Below, one piece after another: positions 40,288 to 51,599 of a stretch of 64,000 bases of DNA; the stretch's first letter is position 1; each line of letters begins with the position of its first letter. The stretch covers positions 144,336,001 to 144,400,000 of the forward strand of contig OX597815.1 in assembly GCA_951406725.2 (NCBI GenBank), written 5' to 3'. The translations under genes were made by a program, and so were the position numbers. This DNA is from Octopus vulgaris (taxonomy: Eukaryota). The notes beneath the pieces are model-generated. The model saw only the letters and a list, made by a program, of their open reading frames with translations, searched no databases and was not told the origin of the DNA.

Positions 40288-40896
40288 ACATTATTTACAT
40301 TATTTACATTTGACGAATGTTTGTCCTCATCTTGTTTGTTGTTAACACAACGTTTTGGCTTTCATCAGGTGTCTTGAGGAAATTTTGAGCCTGGGTTCTC
40401 ATTCCTAAGGTATTTTCGATGTTATTATTGCTATCATTGTCTTTGCACAGCTTCTAACGCTGGAGATGCCAGCTGTTCACTACTAGTGAACTAAGGTAAT
40501 ACCTCTTATTTTTCGAGCACCATCCAGAGTATTTGAGCAGTTTCAAACAGTGCTGTTTTCTGCAAGTGCTCCGCCCTTATTGCAGCCCCTATTTGTTCCA
40601 TGTACTTCTCAAGAAGTACATGGCTCCGACAATTATTGGTACCACTACCACCTTTTCCATCGACCACAACTGCTTAACCTCCCAAGCTAACCTGTCATAT
40701 CTATTGACATTTTTTAAAAACTATTTTATTATTATTATTATTTAGGTCACTGCCAGAAATCAAACTCAGAATCTTGGGGTTAGTAGCCCGCACTCTTAAC
40801 CACTATGCCATATGCCTGTTAACAACAAACAAGATGACAAATATCCGTCAAGTGTAAATAATGTACATAATTCCTCATTTCTTAAATATAGAACTG
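40288..40896 (-). mobile_element. tRNA-head/hammerhead-tail inverted element, copy 1
   Basis: 13-bp TSD TATTATCAAATCT (40275-40287 and 40897-40909). tRNA-like head at ~40745-40813(-), decayed hammerhead at ~40345-40375(-), inverted tail copy at 40817-40896. Confidence 0.8.
40438..40710 (-). mobile_element. R4/Dong-clade retrotransposon 3' end inserted in a (TAA)n tract
   Basis: YDRLAWEVKQLWSMEKVVVVPIIVGA(fs)LEKYMEQIG...HLQKTALFETAQILWMVLEK*; flanked by TTA repeats. Confidence 0.85.
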
Positions 40897-41228
40897 TATT
40901 ATCAAATCTGTTTAATAGGCACAGGAGTGACTGTGTGGTAAGTAGTTTGCTTATCAGCCACATGGTTCTGGGTTCAGTCCCATTGCGTGGCACCTTGGGC
41001 AAGTGTCTTCTGCTATAGCTTCGGGCTGGCCAAAGCCTTGTGAGTGGATTTAGTAGACAGAAACTTAAAGAAGCCCATTGTGTATATATATATATACACA
41101 CACACACATCATCATCATCATCATCGTTTAACATCCGTTTTCCATGCTAGCATGGGTTGGATGGTATATACACATATATGGAAAAAAACGTCAAGGTAGA
41201 AAATGCTAAAATAATTTTATAAAAAACA

Positions 41229-41270
41229 TTTCAGTACTGGTTTCAGTCATTGAGACTTTTTCAACTGTAA
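41229..41270 (-). ncRNA. Candidate minimal hammerhead ribozyme (U3-A8 core variant) in a ~190-bp Penelope-like insert (~41170-41358)
   Basis: ttacag TTGAAAA agtc-tcaat-gact GAAA ccag TA ctgaaa. Confidence 0.45.
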
Positions 41271-42199
41271 GTATGGAAAACAATTAGATTTTGGAAAAAT
41301 TAAATGAAAAGTTTTTTAAAAGAATATTTGCATAGTATTCAAATACAAGGGGTATTTTCCTTCCGTTTTCCATACTGGCATGGATTGGACAGTTTGATTG
41401 GGGACTGGCAAGCCAGAAGGCCACACCAGGCTCCAATCTGATCTAGCTGTGTTTCTACAGCTCGATGCCCTTCCTAATGCCAACCACTCCAAGAGTGTAG
41501 TGGCTGCTTTTTATGTGCTACTGGCACAGGAGCCAGTCAGGCGGCACTGGCATTGGCCATGTTCAGATGGTGCTTTTTACATGCTACTGGCACAGGAGCC
41601 AGTCGAGGCAGGGAGACTGGCATCAACCATGTTTGGATGGTGCGTTTTATGTGCCACCGGTATGGGGAGTCATATGTGTGTGTGTATTTGTGTGTCTGTT
41701 TGTCCCACCACCATCACTTGACAACTGATGTTGGTGTGTTTATGTCCCCGTAACTTAGTGGTTTGGCAAAAGATACAGATAGAATAAGTACTAGGCTTAC
41801 AAATAATAAGTCCTGGGGTCGATTTGTTCGATTAAAGGTGGTGCTCTAGAATGGCCGCAGTGAAAATGACTGAAGCACAGAAAGAAAAAAGAATGAAAGA
41901 AAAATTCAGATATTGTGAAATGCTTTGTCCTATTTTGTTATCAAACTAATTTATATTTCATTTGAGGACCAACTTGTCCTATTTATCATTATTATTCTTA
42001 TTTGGCTTGTCTCTTGCTGCTTTCTTGTACTATTGTTGTTTAGAGGAACTGATTTCTAGAAATGTCACCAAAATTGTCTCTTGGAAAAAAACAACAAAAC
42101 AAAACAAAACAAAAAGGCACGCACACACACAAAAATAAAGGCAAAAATTTGTAAAATTGTTATATGAGGGAATATTTCAGATAGTATTTGGGTTTATTT

Positions 42200-42592
42200 T
42201 TCATTCTCTCTGCTGGGAAAGGTCATCTGCTGTGCTAGCTCTTCCAGCTCCTCCTTGCAACATCAACTCAGCTACTATTGCTAACAGTTTAATGGAGCAG
42301 GAAGTCATTAATACAGCAAATGGTTAGCTTTTTTTGTTGTTTTGTTTTAGTTTTGTTTGTTTCTTTTTGTTACTATTTTTTTCTTTTTTTGGTGTCATTT
42401 CTCAAACTGTTGTTGTAATTATGTTTGCCAGATAGACAGCAACAGAGGCCTTGCTTTTTAAGCGATGAGTCTTAGTGACCTTCAGCTAGTTATTTGGCAG
42501 TGTTGTTGTTGAACGGCGACGAACTTTCTCCACGATATTGCTGCTGTCGCTGCTGCTTCTGAAGTGATGTCGCTGCTACGTATGAACTCTGC
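42200..42592 (+). other. Candidate alternative first or 5' exon (ends MSLLRMNS.., donor GC|GTAAGT)
   Basis: TE-free island with local CpGs and (GCT)n, and a canonical donor at 42592/42593; 5' boundary uncertain. Confidence 0.35.
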
Positions 42593-43114
42593 GTAAGTAG
42601 AACCAAAATTCTTTAGGTTACATTGGATGTAAAAGCGGGGGAGATTCTATTTTGTTGCACATTTAACCAAACAATGTAAACATTTTCATTATTTCACTAC
42701 CATGATGGATTTAAATGTTTGATTTCTCATATAAGGACCTGTATTCTTCTCCTGAGCTTCAGATGTGTGTGAAAAACTTTTGAAATATTTCTTGATATCA
42801 GTTTAAATAGATTATTCTATTGTAAATATTTGAAGCGTATTCTTTGCATAACCTTATCTGTCTAGATTTTACATACTAAAATACAAACATGTTGACGAAT
42901 AGATTTTAAAGTTACATAAAATTTTTATATATTCATAAATTTTGTGAATTGTAATATTTGTTTTACTTCGATAATATTTTAGTTTGTGTGTGTGTGAATT
43001 TAATGTAGAATTGATTGTCTTTTTGTTGAATTTTCCTTTATTAACATTCATCATTAAATGTATTAGAGATTAGAAAGAGATAAGTTTGTAATATGAGCAT
43101 TTAATGTGATACAA

Positions 43115-43152
<38 letters not shown>

Positions 43153-44344
43153 ATCTGTCATTCTCACTAGCTGATGTTGGGATGATTTTTTTTTTGTCTC
43201 CTTCCAATAAATATTGTTTTTAAACACGGGATACCCAAAAATTTTATCTTAGATGAAAATCACAGCAACTAACCTGTCAACAGTGTATATACATTAAGTA
43301 TGATACTTAAATAGCTATTTTAATCTAATATTGTTTCAGTTGCATTCACCAGATTATACTCACATGCATGCACACACACACACACACATTTTTGTCCTCA
43401 AGTTCTTCTCTTTCTTTGCCATGTATGAGATACAGCGACACTGCTAACTTTTTAGGTTTGTTAAATTATCCTCTGTTATTAGACATGTTTATTTTTTCTA
43501 CCCCTCTATTTTTATATTTTTCTTATTGTGTTAATGTACACCTTCATATACCTCTAATAACATTTCTCACTGTTTTTGTCTAAATCCCTTTCCTATAATT
43601 ATATAACATTAAGTCTAATAAATTATGTCCTGTCTGTTTTGCTATGTGATGTGTTGTCTTTTAACAACAGAAGTCTATCTCGATTCATGTATACTAGTAG
43701 TAACTTCTATTTACAACAGATGTATTTTAGATTGTGTGTATCTAACACTTGTTTTGTAAGCAGTGGACTGATGCTGAAAAATCCACCCACTGTTTCACTG
43801 CAAGATGTATGAACCACTTCTAACTTTATTTTTATCTCCTGTCATCCTATTAAAATGTTTATCAGCAGTTCTGCTGCAACTCTAGAGATTTCCTAGCCAG
43901 CCCTTCAATGAAAATATACCAACCAGTGTATGAGAGGACTGAACTAGTTTGTTAATAAGCCTTCCTACTATTATTTATCCAGAGTCGCACTTCAATAGTG
44001 AAGATTACTTCACTCTACCTGTGAAAATAACTCAGGTTATTGTTGTTAAACCCCAGGTCAGGCCTGATGAATAGTCATGTGATCACTGGCACTCCAGCCA
44101 TGGCTATCCAGTCTGTTTAGGTATATTCTTCTATTCTTTTACTTGTTTCAGATATTTGACTGTGGCCATGCTGGATCACTGCCTTTAGTCGAATAAAATT
44201 GATCCCAGGACTTATTCTTTGTAAGCCTAGTATTTATTCTATTGGTCTCTTTTGCCGAACCACTAAGTTACAGGGACATAAACACACCAATATCATTTGT
44301 CAATTGATGGTGGTGGGAGGACAAACACAGACACACAGATGCAT

Positions 44345-44346
44345 GC

Positions 44347-44407
<61 letters not shown>

Positions 44408-45385
44408 TGTATGTATGTGTATATATATATGTATGTGTATATGTATGTATGTATGTGTATATGTATGTATGTATGTGTATATGTATGTATGTATGTGTAT
44501 ATGTATGTATGTATGTGTATATGTATGTATGTATGTGTATATGTATGTATGTATGTGTATATGTATGTATGTATGTGTATATGTATGTATGTGTATATGT
44601 ATGTATGTATGTGTATATGTATGTATGTGTATATGTACGTATGTATGTGTATATGTACGTATGTATGTGTATATGTACGTATGTATGTGTATATATACGT
44701 ATGTATGTGTATATATACGTATGTATGTGTATATATACGTATGTATGTATGTGTATATATACGTATGTATGTATGTATGCGTATATATATGTATGTATGT
44801 ATGCGTATATATATGTATGTATGTATGCGTATATATATGTATGTATGTGTATATATATGTATGTATGTATGTATGTGTATATGTATGTATGTATGTATGT
44901 GTATATGTATGTATGTATGTGTATATATATGTATGTATGTATGTATGTGTATATATATGTATGTATGTATGTGTTTATATATGTATGTATGTATGTATGT
45001 ATGTGTATATATATGTATGTATGTATGTATGTGTATATATATGTATGTATGTATGTATGTGTATATATATGTATGTATGTATGTATGTGTATATATATGT
45101 ATGTATGTATGTATGTGTATATATATGTATGTATGTATGTATGTGTATATATATGTATGTATGTATGTGTATATATATGTATGTATGTATGTATGTGTAT
45201 ATGTATGTATGTATGTATGTGTATATATATGTATGTATGTATGTATGTGTATATATATGTATGTATGTATGTATGTGTATATATATGTATGTATGTATGT
45301 ATGTGTATATATATGTATGTATGTATGTATGTGTATATATATGTATGTGTATATGTATGTATGTATGTATATATATATATATATA
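44345..45385. repeat. ~1-kb compound (TATG)n/(TA)n microsatellite expansion within a family A SINE
   Basis: Directly visible. The SINE tail (44135-44340, minus) precedes it and a short SINE-like remnant follows. Confidence 0.95.
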
Positions 45386-47243
45386 CGATGGGCTCAACCC
45401 AGTTGAGGGGTTATTGTCTTGCAAGGTACTTGTTGACCCTGTTAGTACTGGTGCCACATAGAAGGCACTCAGTACACTCTGCAAAGTGTTTGGCATTAGG
45501 AAGGGATTCTGGAGGCACTGGTGTGGCTGTGTGGTAAGAAGTTTGCTTCCCAACTACATGGTCTTAAGTTTGGTCCCACTGCATGGCACCTTGAGCAAGT
45601 ATTTTCTAACATAGTACCAGGCCAGAAACTGAAAAATGCCTATAGTTTTGTGTGTATATTTTTTATTCTTTTACTTATTTCAGTCGTTAGACTGTAGCCA
45701 TGCTGGACTACTGCCTTGAAGAATCGATCCCAGTACTTAATTTTTAAAGCCTCATACTTATTCCATGTGTCTCTTTTGCCAAACTGCTAAGTTACAGGGA
45801 TGTAAACACACCAACACCAATTCTCAAGCAGTGGTGAGAGACAAACACACACACACACACACACAATGGGCTTCTTTCAGTTTCTGTCTACCAAATCCAC
45901 TCAGAAGGCTTTGGTTGACCTGAGGCTATAGTAAGGTACCACATAGTGGGACCGAACCTGGAACCATGAGGCTGGAAAGCAAGCTTCTTACCACACAGCC
46001 ACGCCTGCACCTATAAGTATGTGTTATTGTGTTCTTGCCTTGATGTTACTCTTACTCTTTCACTTGTTTCAGTCATTTGACTGTGGCTATGCTGGAGCAC
46101 TGCCTTTAGTCGAGCAAATAGACCCCAGGACCTATTCTTTGTAAGCCTAGTACTTATTCTATCGGTCTCTTTAGCCAAACCGCTAAGTTATGGGGATGTA
46201 AACACACCAGCATCGGTTGTCAAGCGATGTTGGGGAGACAAATACAGTCATACAAACACACACACACACACACATATATACATATATATACGACGGGCTT
46301 CTTTCAGTTTCCGTCTACCAAATCCACTCATAAGGCTTTGGTTGGCCCGAGGCTATAGTAGAAGACACTTGCCTAAGGTGCCACGCAGTGGAACTGAACC
46401 CGGAACCATGTGGTTTGTAAGCAAGCTACTTACCACACAGCCACTCCTACACCTATGTTGTGTGATAATTGTAAACAAGTGTCACCATCATGCCAGGATC
46501 CTTGGTTTTGAGTGTTGTGTGAAAGCATGTCTGGTCATGATGTAACATTACCTTATTTGGAAACAGGTATGGGTGGATACAGGAAATGGGAGAAAGCAGG
46601 CTGTAGAAAATCTGTGTTCACAAATTCCATTTGATCCATGCAAGCATGGAAAAGTGGATGTTAAACATTGATGATAATGGTGTGTGACATTAAGTTTTCA
46701 GATTCTCAGTGACTGACTGGTATGAGAATTATACTCCATTTCAATAGGGCTCACTGTCCCAACTGTTATAATTCATCCTATCAGGATGGGTGAGGAGTCA
46801 ACTTGTTTTCTTCCTTCTCTCTTCTCTGCAAGTAATACAAAAAGCAAAACATGATTTTGAGTGAAATTTGAACAATTCAAACTTGATACTTTCTCTTGCC
46901 TTTATTGTCTCCATGACAATACAGGGTGCAGCCCTTTCTTATTTACATTAGATGGGTATTTGTCCTCATCTTGTTTGTTATTAACACGTTTCAGCTGATA
47001 TACCTTCCACCCTTCTTCAGGTGTCCGGGGGGAATTTCGAACCTGGATATTTTAAGATACTTTTCCGATGTTATTATTATTCAGGTCACTGCCTGGAATC
47101 AAACTCGGAATCTTGGGGTTAGTAGCCCGTGTGCTTAACCACTATGCAATATGCATATGGCATAGTGGTTAAGAGCGCGGGCTACTAACCCCAAGATTCC
47201 GAGTTTGATTCCAGGCAGTGACCTGAATAATGATAATAATAAA

Positions 47244-47472
47244 TTTTTTCTTTATTGCCCACAAGTGGCTAAACATAGAGGGAATAAACAAGGACAGCCA
47301 AAGGGATTAAGTCGATTACATTGACCCCAGTGCTTAACTGGTACTTATTTAGTCAACCTCAAAAAGATGAAAGGCAAAGTCAACCTTGGTGGAATTTGAA
47401 CTCAGAACGTAACGGCAGACAGAATACCATTAAGCATTTTGCCTGGTGTACTAACGTTTCTGCCAATTCTGC
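47244..47472 (-). mobile_element. SINE family C inserted in the (AAT)n linker of copy 2
   Basis: Reverse complement of family C, flanked by aataat repeats. Confidence 0.85.
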
Positions 47473-47530
47473 TAATAATAACATTGAAAAATACCTTAGG
47501 AATGAGAACCTTGGTTCGAAATTTCCCCAA

Positions 47531-47576
47531 GACACCTGATGAAGTCTGGAGGGTATATCAGCCGAAACGTTGTGTT
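47531..47576 (+). ncRNA. Candidate minimal type I hammerhead ribozyme
   Basis: gacac CTGATGA a gtctg-gagggtatat-cagcc GAAA cgTT gtgtt: stem I gacac/gtgtt, stem II (g)gctg/cagcc, palindromic ACGT stem III. Confidence 0.6.
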
Positions 47577-49731
47577 AACAACAAACAAGATGAGGACAAA
47601 TATCCGTCAAATGTAAATAATTCCTCATCTCTTAAATATAGAATTGCCTTTCTTATTTGTATAATATTTATAGTTTTCTACTTTCAACAGGATGGTGCCC
47701 CACCTCACTATGGGTAAAACATTCAGAAATGGTTAAATCTTAATTTTGAGGTGGATAGGACAATGTGGATGGTCATGATAATCATCAGACTTAACACCAC
47801 CTGACTTTTTCTTATGGGTGTATTGAAAGATCTTGTTTACTCTCTCAAACTGAAAACAATTCAGGAATTAAAACAAACAATTTCTGATAATTTTTTTGCA
47901 ATTAACGTGGAAATACCTCAAAAGGTTTTTTAGAAGTGTTGCTGGTAGGGTTCGGCATTGACTGAAAATGAAAGGGAGCATTTTGAACATGTTAATTAAA
48001 TTTTTTATCATAATGAATTACATTATTTTGATACAGCAATACTTAGTTAATTTTATTAAAACTGCTGCAATTTATTTTCATTATTTTTTTTTCATTTCTT
48101 TAACTACTGTAATAAATTTTTGTACAATACTTTTAGAAAAAATTTTTTGTACAATAAAAAATAAATAAAAAGGTGTTACTTCTGCTGCACCCTGTATTCC
48201 CAGTATCACTACAGTATCAACCAGACCATCAGATACTGTTATACACTGCTGGTCACAGTGCACTTCCAATTCTATCATCAGCATTCTTTTCCATCTTGGC
48301 CCAAATTGCTTAACTGGATCAAAAGGTCTTTACCTTGACAATATTAGACTAATAATTATTTCATTTCATGGAGGAAGCGCAGACGTTAGACAATCTCATT
48401 TTCTCAGTGTTATAAACTGGGGAGGCCTTGTAACTTTTATAAAGAAATTTGAGTTGCATGTTTTGAATTCATACAACCACTAATTCTTTAAATACTCAAA
48501 AACTGCATCTATATATATGTCGTCGTCGTTTAATGTCTGCTTTCTCACTGTTCAAATGGTGCTGATGATCTGATGGTCAGTCGATCCAGTTGGTGGGGCT
48601 TCACATCAGTGGGTGGTGTGCTGTAAAGCCATTGAGAGAAAGGCCCTGAAACAGTGCATTTCATGCCTGATGGCCCCTGAAACCTACTAACATTTATGAT
48701 GTGATACTTTTGATTGGCACCACTTGCACACAAGTCTCCTATACAGAACATTGGCAACAGCTTATCTGCCATGTCAATGTAACAACACCTACCACTACAT
48801 GGTATGTTCAACCTCCCCTAACTAATTTCACCAATGACAAAGAACTTGACTGTTTCTGTGGAGATCCACTTCTACTATCGCCAGTCTGCTAGTCTTTACT
48901 GTTGCATTCTCCAATCCCACACCTTAAACAGTACTGTCTGACCAATGAAAAATAAGGTCTAACCATAGTCTGGGACCATTAACCGGTTCGTTCATTATAT
49001 TGTTACCTGAATGAGTGAATGTAAGTGAGAAGTTTAGGGTAGAATTGGAGTGTTAGCAATTTTGAATAAACTAGATTGAATGTTGCCTGACGGGTGCAAA
49101 TGTGCTAAGCACTGATGCTGATTATAGATTAATCAATAAGCATAGGAGCGAGGTAAATGCAGTAAAAATAGGGGTGTCAGTGGAACCTCCTTACAATACT
49201 CCCTTGGAGTTCATGGTATGAAATTCATTGTCATTGCTCCGATTTAGTTGCCAATGCCACGTATCTAGTTTAAAAGTTAAAATGCAGTAAAAATAGTGGG
49301 GTCAGTGGGACCCCAATTAGGCAGCCCTTAAAACATAGGCCTCCTTAGGACATTCCCTGGGATTAGGGTAGTTGCTGGTTTGAGTTTCGATGTCCTTGCA
49401 CCAATGGTCTAGGAGTTAACATATGTAACGGACAGAGAAACATCACTCAAATTTATCATAGGATATGTGTGTATGTGTGTGGTTAGTGTGTTAAGCTCAT
49501 CATCATAACATACTTTTCTAGGAGTTGAATTGTCTCCTTCAACAAGACCTTTCATTTCACATTGCTATAGTCTATTCAAGTGTAAACAAGAACCACTCTA
49601 GTAGAGCTGGTGCTGTCCTCTCTCTTCTTCCAGCTGTCACATAATCAAGCCCTGTTGGGATAACAATAGGAGTGACAACAAAGTCACTGTGTCTATTCAT
49701 GACTAAGTGGTTTTCTAAAACAATGAAAGCA

Positions 49732-49831
49732 NNNNNNNNNNNNNNNNNNNNNNNNNNNNNNNNNNNNNNNNNNNNNNNNNNNNNNNNNNNNNNNNNNNNN
49801 NNNNNNNNNNNNNNNNNNNNNNNNNNNNNNN
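49732..49831. other. Assembly gap (100 N)
   Basis: Run of exactly 100 N. Confidence 1.
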
Positions 49832-50453
49832 TCTTTTATGGAGAGTTAACTAAAGGAGAACGACCTCCACATAAACCAAAAAAGAGGTATAAGGACTTGC
49901 TGAAGGCTTCCTTAAGAGATGCTTGCATCTCTCCTGACACATGGGAAGGCATAGTTATTGATCGTAGCTGGTGGAGAAGGATTGTGCATGAGGAGACAGC
50001 CACTTTTGAGAAATCTCGAGTTGCACATGAGAAAGTAAGGAGGGATGTCAGGAAGGGCATCGCTGTTACACTTCCAGAAGGGAAGGGTCTTCATTTGATG
50101 CTGACATGCAATGTCTGTGCAAGACTCTGCCTCAGTAAAGCTGGACTCAAGAGTCATCTTCGTAGTCATAAAACGAGACAGATGAGTGACAACATGGCCA
50201 CTGGTGGTGGTGTAACACACCATACTAATCATATCTGTCGGGCATGTGGAAGAGAGTGTAATTCGGCAGGAGGACTTAAACGACATGCAAAGGTACATGA
50301 AACCCAGTTACAACTACAGCCGGCTATTACCAGTAAAGGTTTTAGTTGCCAATTTTGTACATGACATTGTAGATCTTTAGCTGGGCTAAAAAGTCACCAG
50401 TAACAGTTAAGATTCGTGCAATGGCTATACTCGATAACGAGGGGGCAGCCATA

Positions 50454-50455
<2 letters not shown>
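49832..50455 (+). mobile_element. RTE (BovB-like) LINE 3' end with three C2H2 zinc fingers
   Basis: FYGELTKGERPPHKPKKRYKDLLK...WE...DRSWWR; CNVCARLCLSKAGLKSHLRSH; CRACGRECNSAGGLKRHAKVH; [16 protein letters not shown]. Short UTR, then (TA)n. Confidence 0.9.
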
Positions 50456-50531
<76 letters not shown>

Positions 50532-50532
50532 G

Positions 50533-50569
<37 letters not shown>

Positions 50570-50570
50570 G

Positions 50571-50606
<36 letters not shown>

Positions 50607-50648
50607 TACGTATATATATATGTATGTGTATGTGTGTATATATATACG

Positions 50649-50685
<37 letters not shown>

Positions 50686-50686
50686 G

Positions 50687-50723
<37 letters not shown>

Positions 50724-50724
50724 G

Positions 50725-50760
<36 letters not shown>

Positions 50761-50788
50761 AGTATGTATGTGTGTGTATATATATAAG

Positions 50789-50825
<37 letters not shown>

Positions 50826-50826
50826 G

Positions 50827-50863
<37 letters not shown>

Positions 50864-50957
50864 GTATATATATATGTATGTGTGTGTGTATATATATACG
50901 TATATATATATGTATGTGTGTGTGTATATATATATACGTATATGTATATATATATAT
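50456..50957. repeat. Compound TA/TG minisatellite (~38-bp unit)
   Basis: Repeated tatatatacgtatatatatatgtatgtgtgtgtgtg units. Confidence 0.95.
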
Positions 50958-51599
50958 GGTTTGTGTATGCGCGTAAGATGGAGCTGTGTTATACCCTTTG
51001 CTGTTCGTTTACGACACAGGTGAAGTCAGTGTTCAGGAGGGAAGGAGAGGGTAGCGGTGGATAATTTCATAAGAGAGTAGGACGGATATGAGAGAGTGTC
51101 GAAAATGATATCAGATAGAATAAGTATTAAAAATGAAGTATGGCAGACCTAATTGCCGCAAGAATTTAACCAAAACATAAAAGGAAACCTTAATGAGCAC
51201 AGATGTGCATGCCCCTTCTCTGCAAAGGCTATACAATCCATTTCCACAAGAGCACCAACCTTAAAGATACACATTCCCCATAGACTCTTTTTCAGAAAGC
51301 TTTCGCCGACTTGCAACAAAACCAACTCCAGAGATGATGTTTTTGATACCATGGGACATAACTTAATCCCTGCCCGATTCGTTTCATCATCTTTTTCACA
51401 GCACCCACAAACCGGATGTGCCTGTTCACCTCCAACAATAGAGAGCAGTCGCCATATTTCATTCCATTACGGCTACCTCTGAAGAGCGCAGGGTTACATA
51501 ATCGGACTGTTACATAACACTCCGTTGAATTCTTAGTGCAAAACCGATTGGTAAGATTGATTGTAATGGATATATAATACTAACACTTCGATTAGTATA

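Larger units (their letters stand above)
46945..47646. mobile_element. tRNA-head/hammerhead-tail palindromic element, copy 2
   Basis: 12-bp flanking duplication CCTTTCTTATTT (46933-46944 and 47647-47658). Two tRNA-like heads back-to-back about the axis at 47153/47154; the tails are inverted. Confidence 0.85.
46920..48196 (+). mobile_element. Internally deleted Tc1/mariner (DDxD, rosa/maT-like) element
   Basis: TA-CAGGGTGCAGC / GCTGCACCCTG-TA termini; residual catalytic region YFQQDGAPPHYG..WLN..SDLTPPDFFLW. Confidence 0.8.

Noticed and set aside
44199-45553. ORFs of 192-420 aa (YVCM-rich); similar ORFs at 5674-6214 and 50421-51064
   Set aside because: They are translations of stop-free TA/TG/TATG microsatellites, open in several frames, and are not genes.
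47154-47226. Possible tRNA gene
   Set aside because: There is no proper acceptor stem, and the sequence is embedded in a repeated TSD-flanked element. It is treated as a SINE-type head; the parent tRNA is uncertain.
49672-50364. 230-aa zinc-finger 'gene'
   Set aside because: The ORF runs through the N gap, and the real part is an RTE retrotransposon C-terminus.
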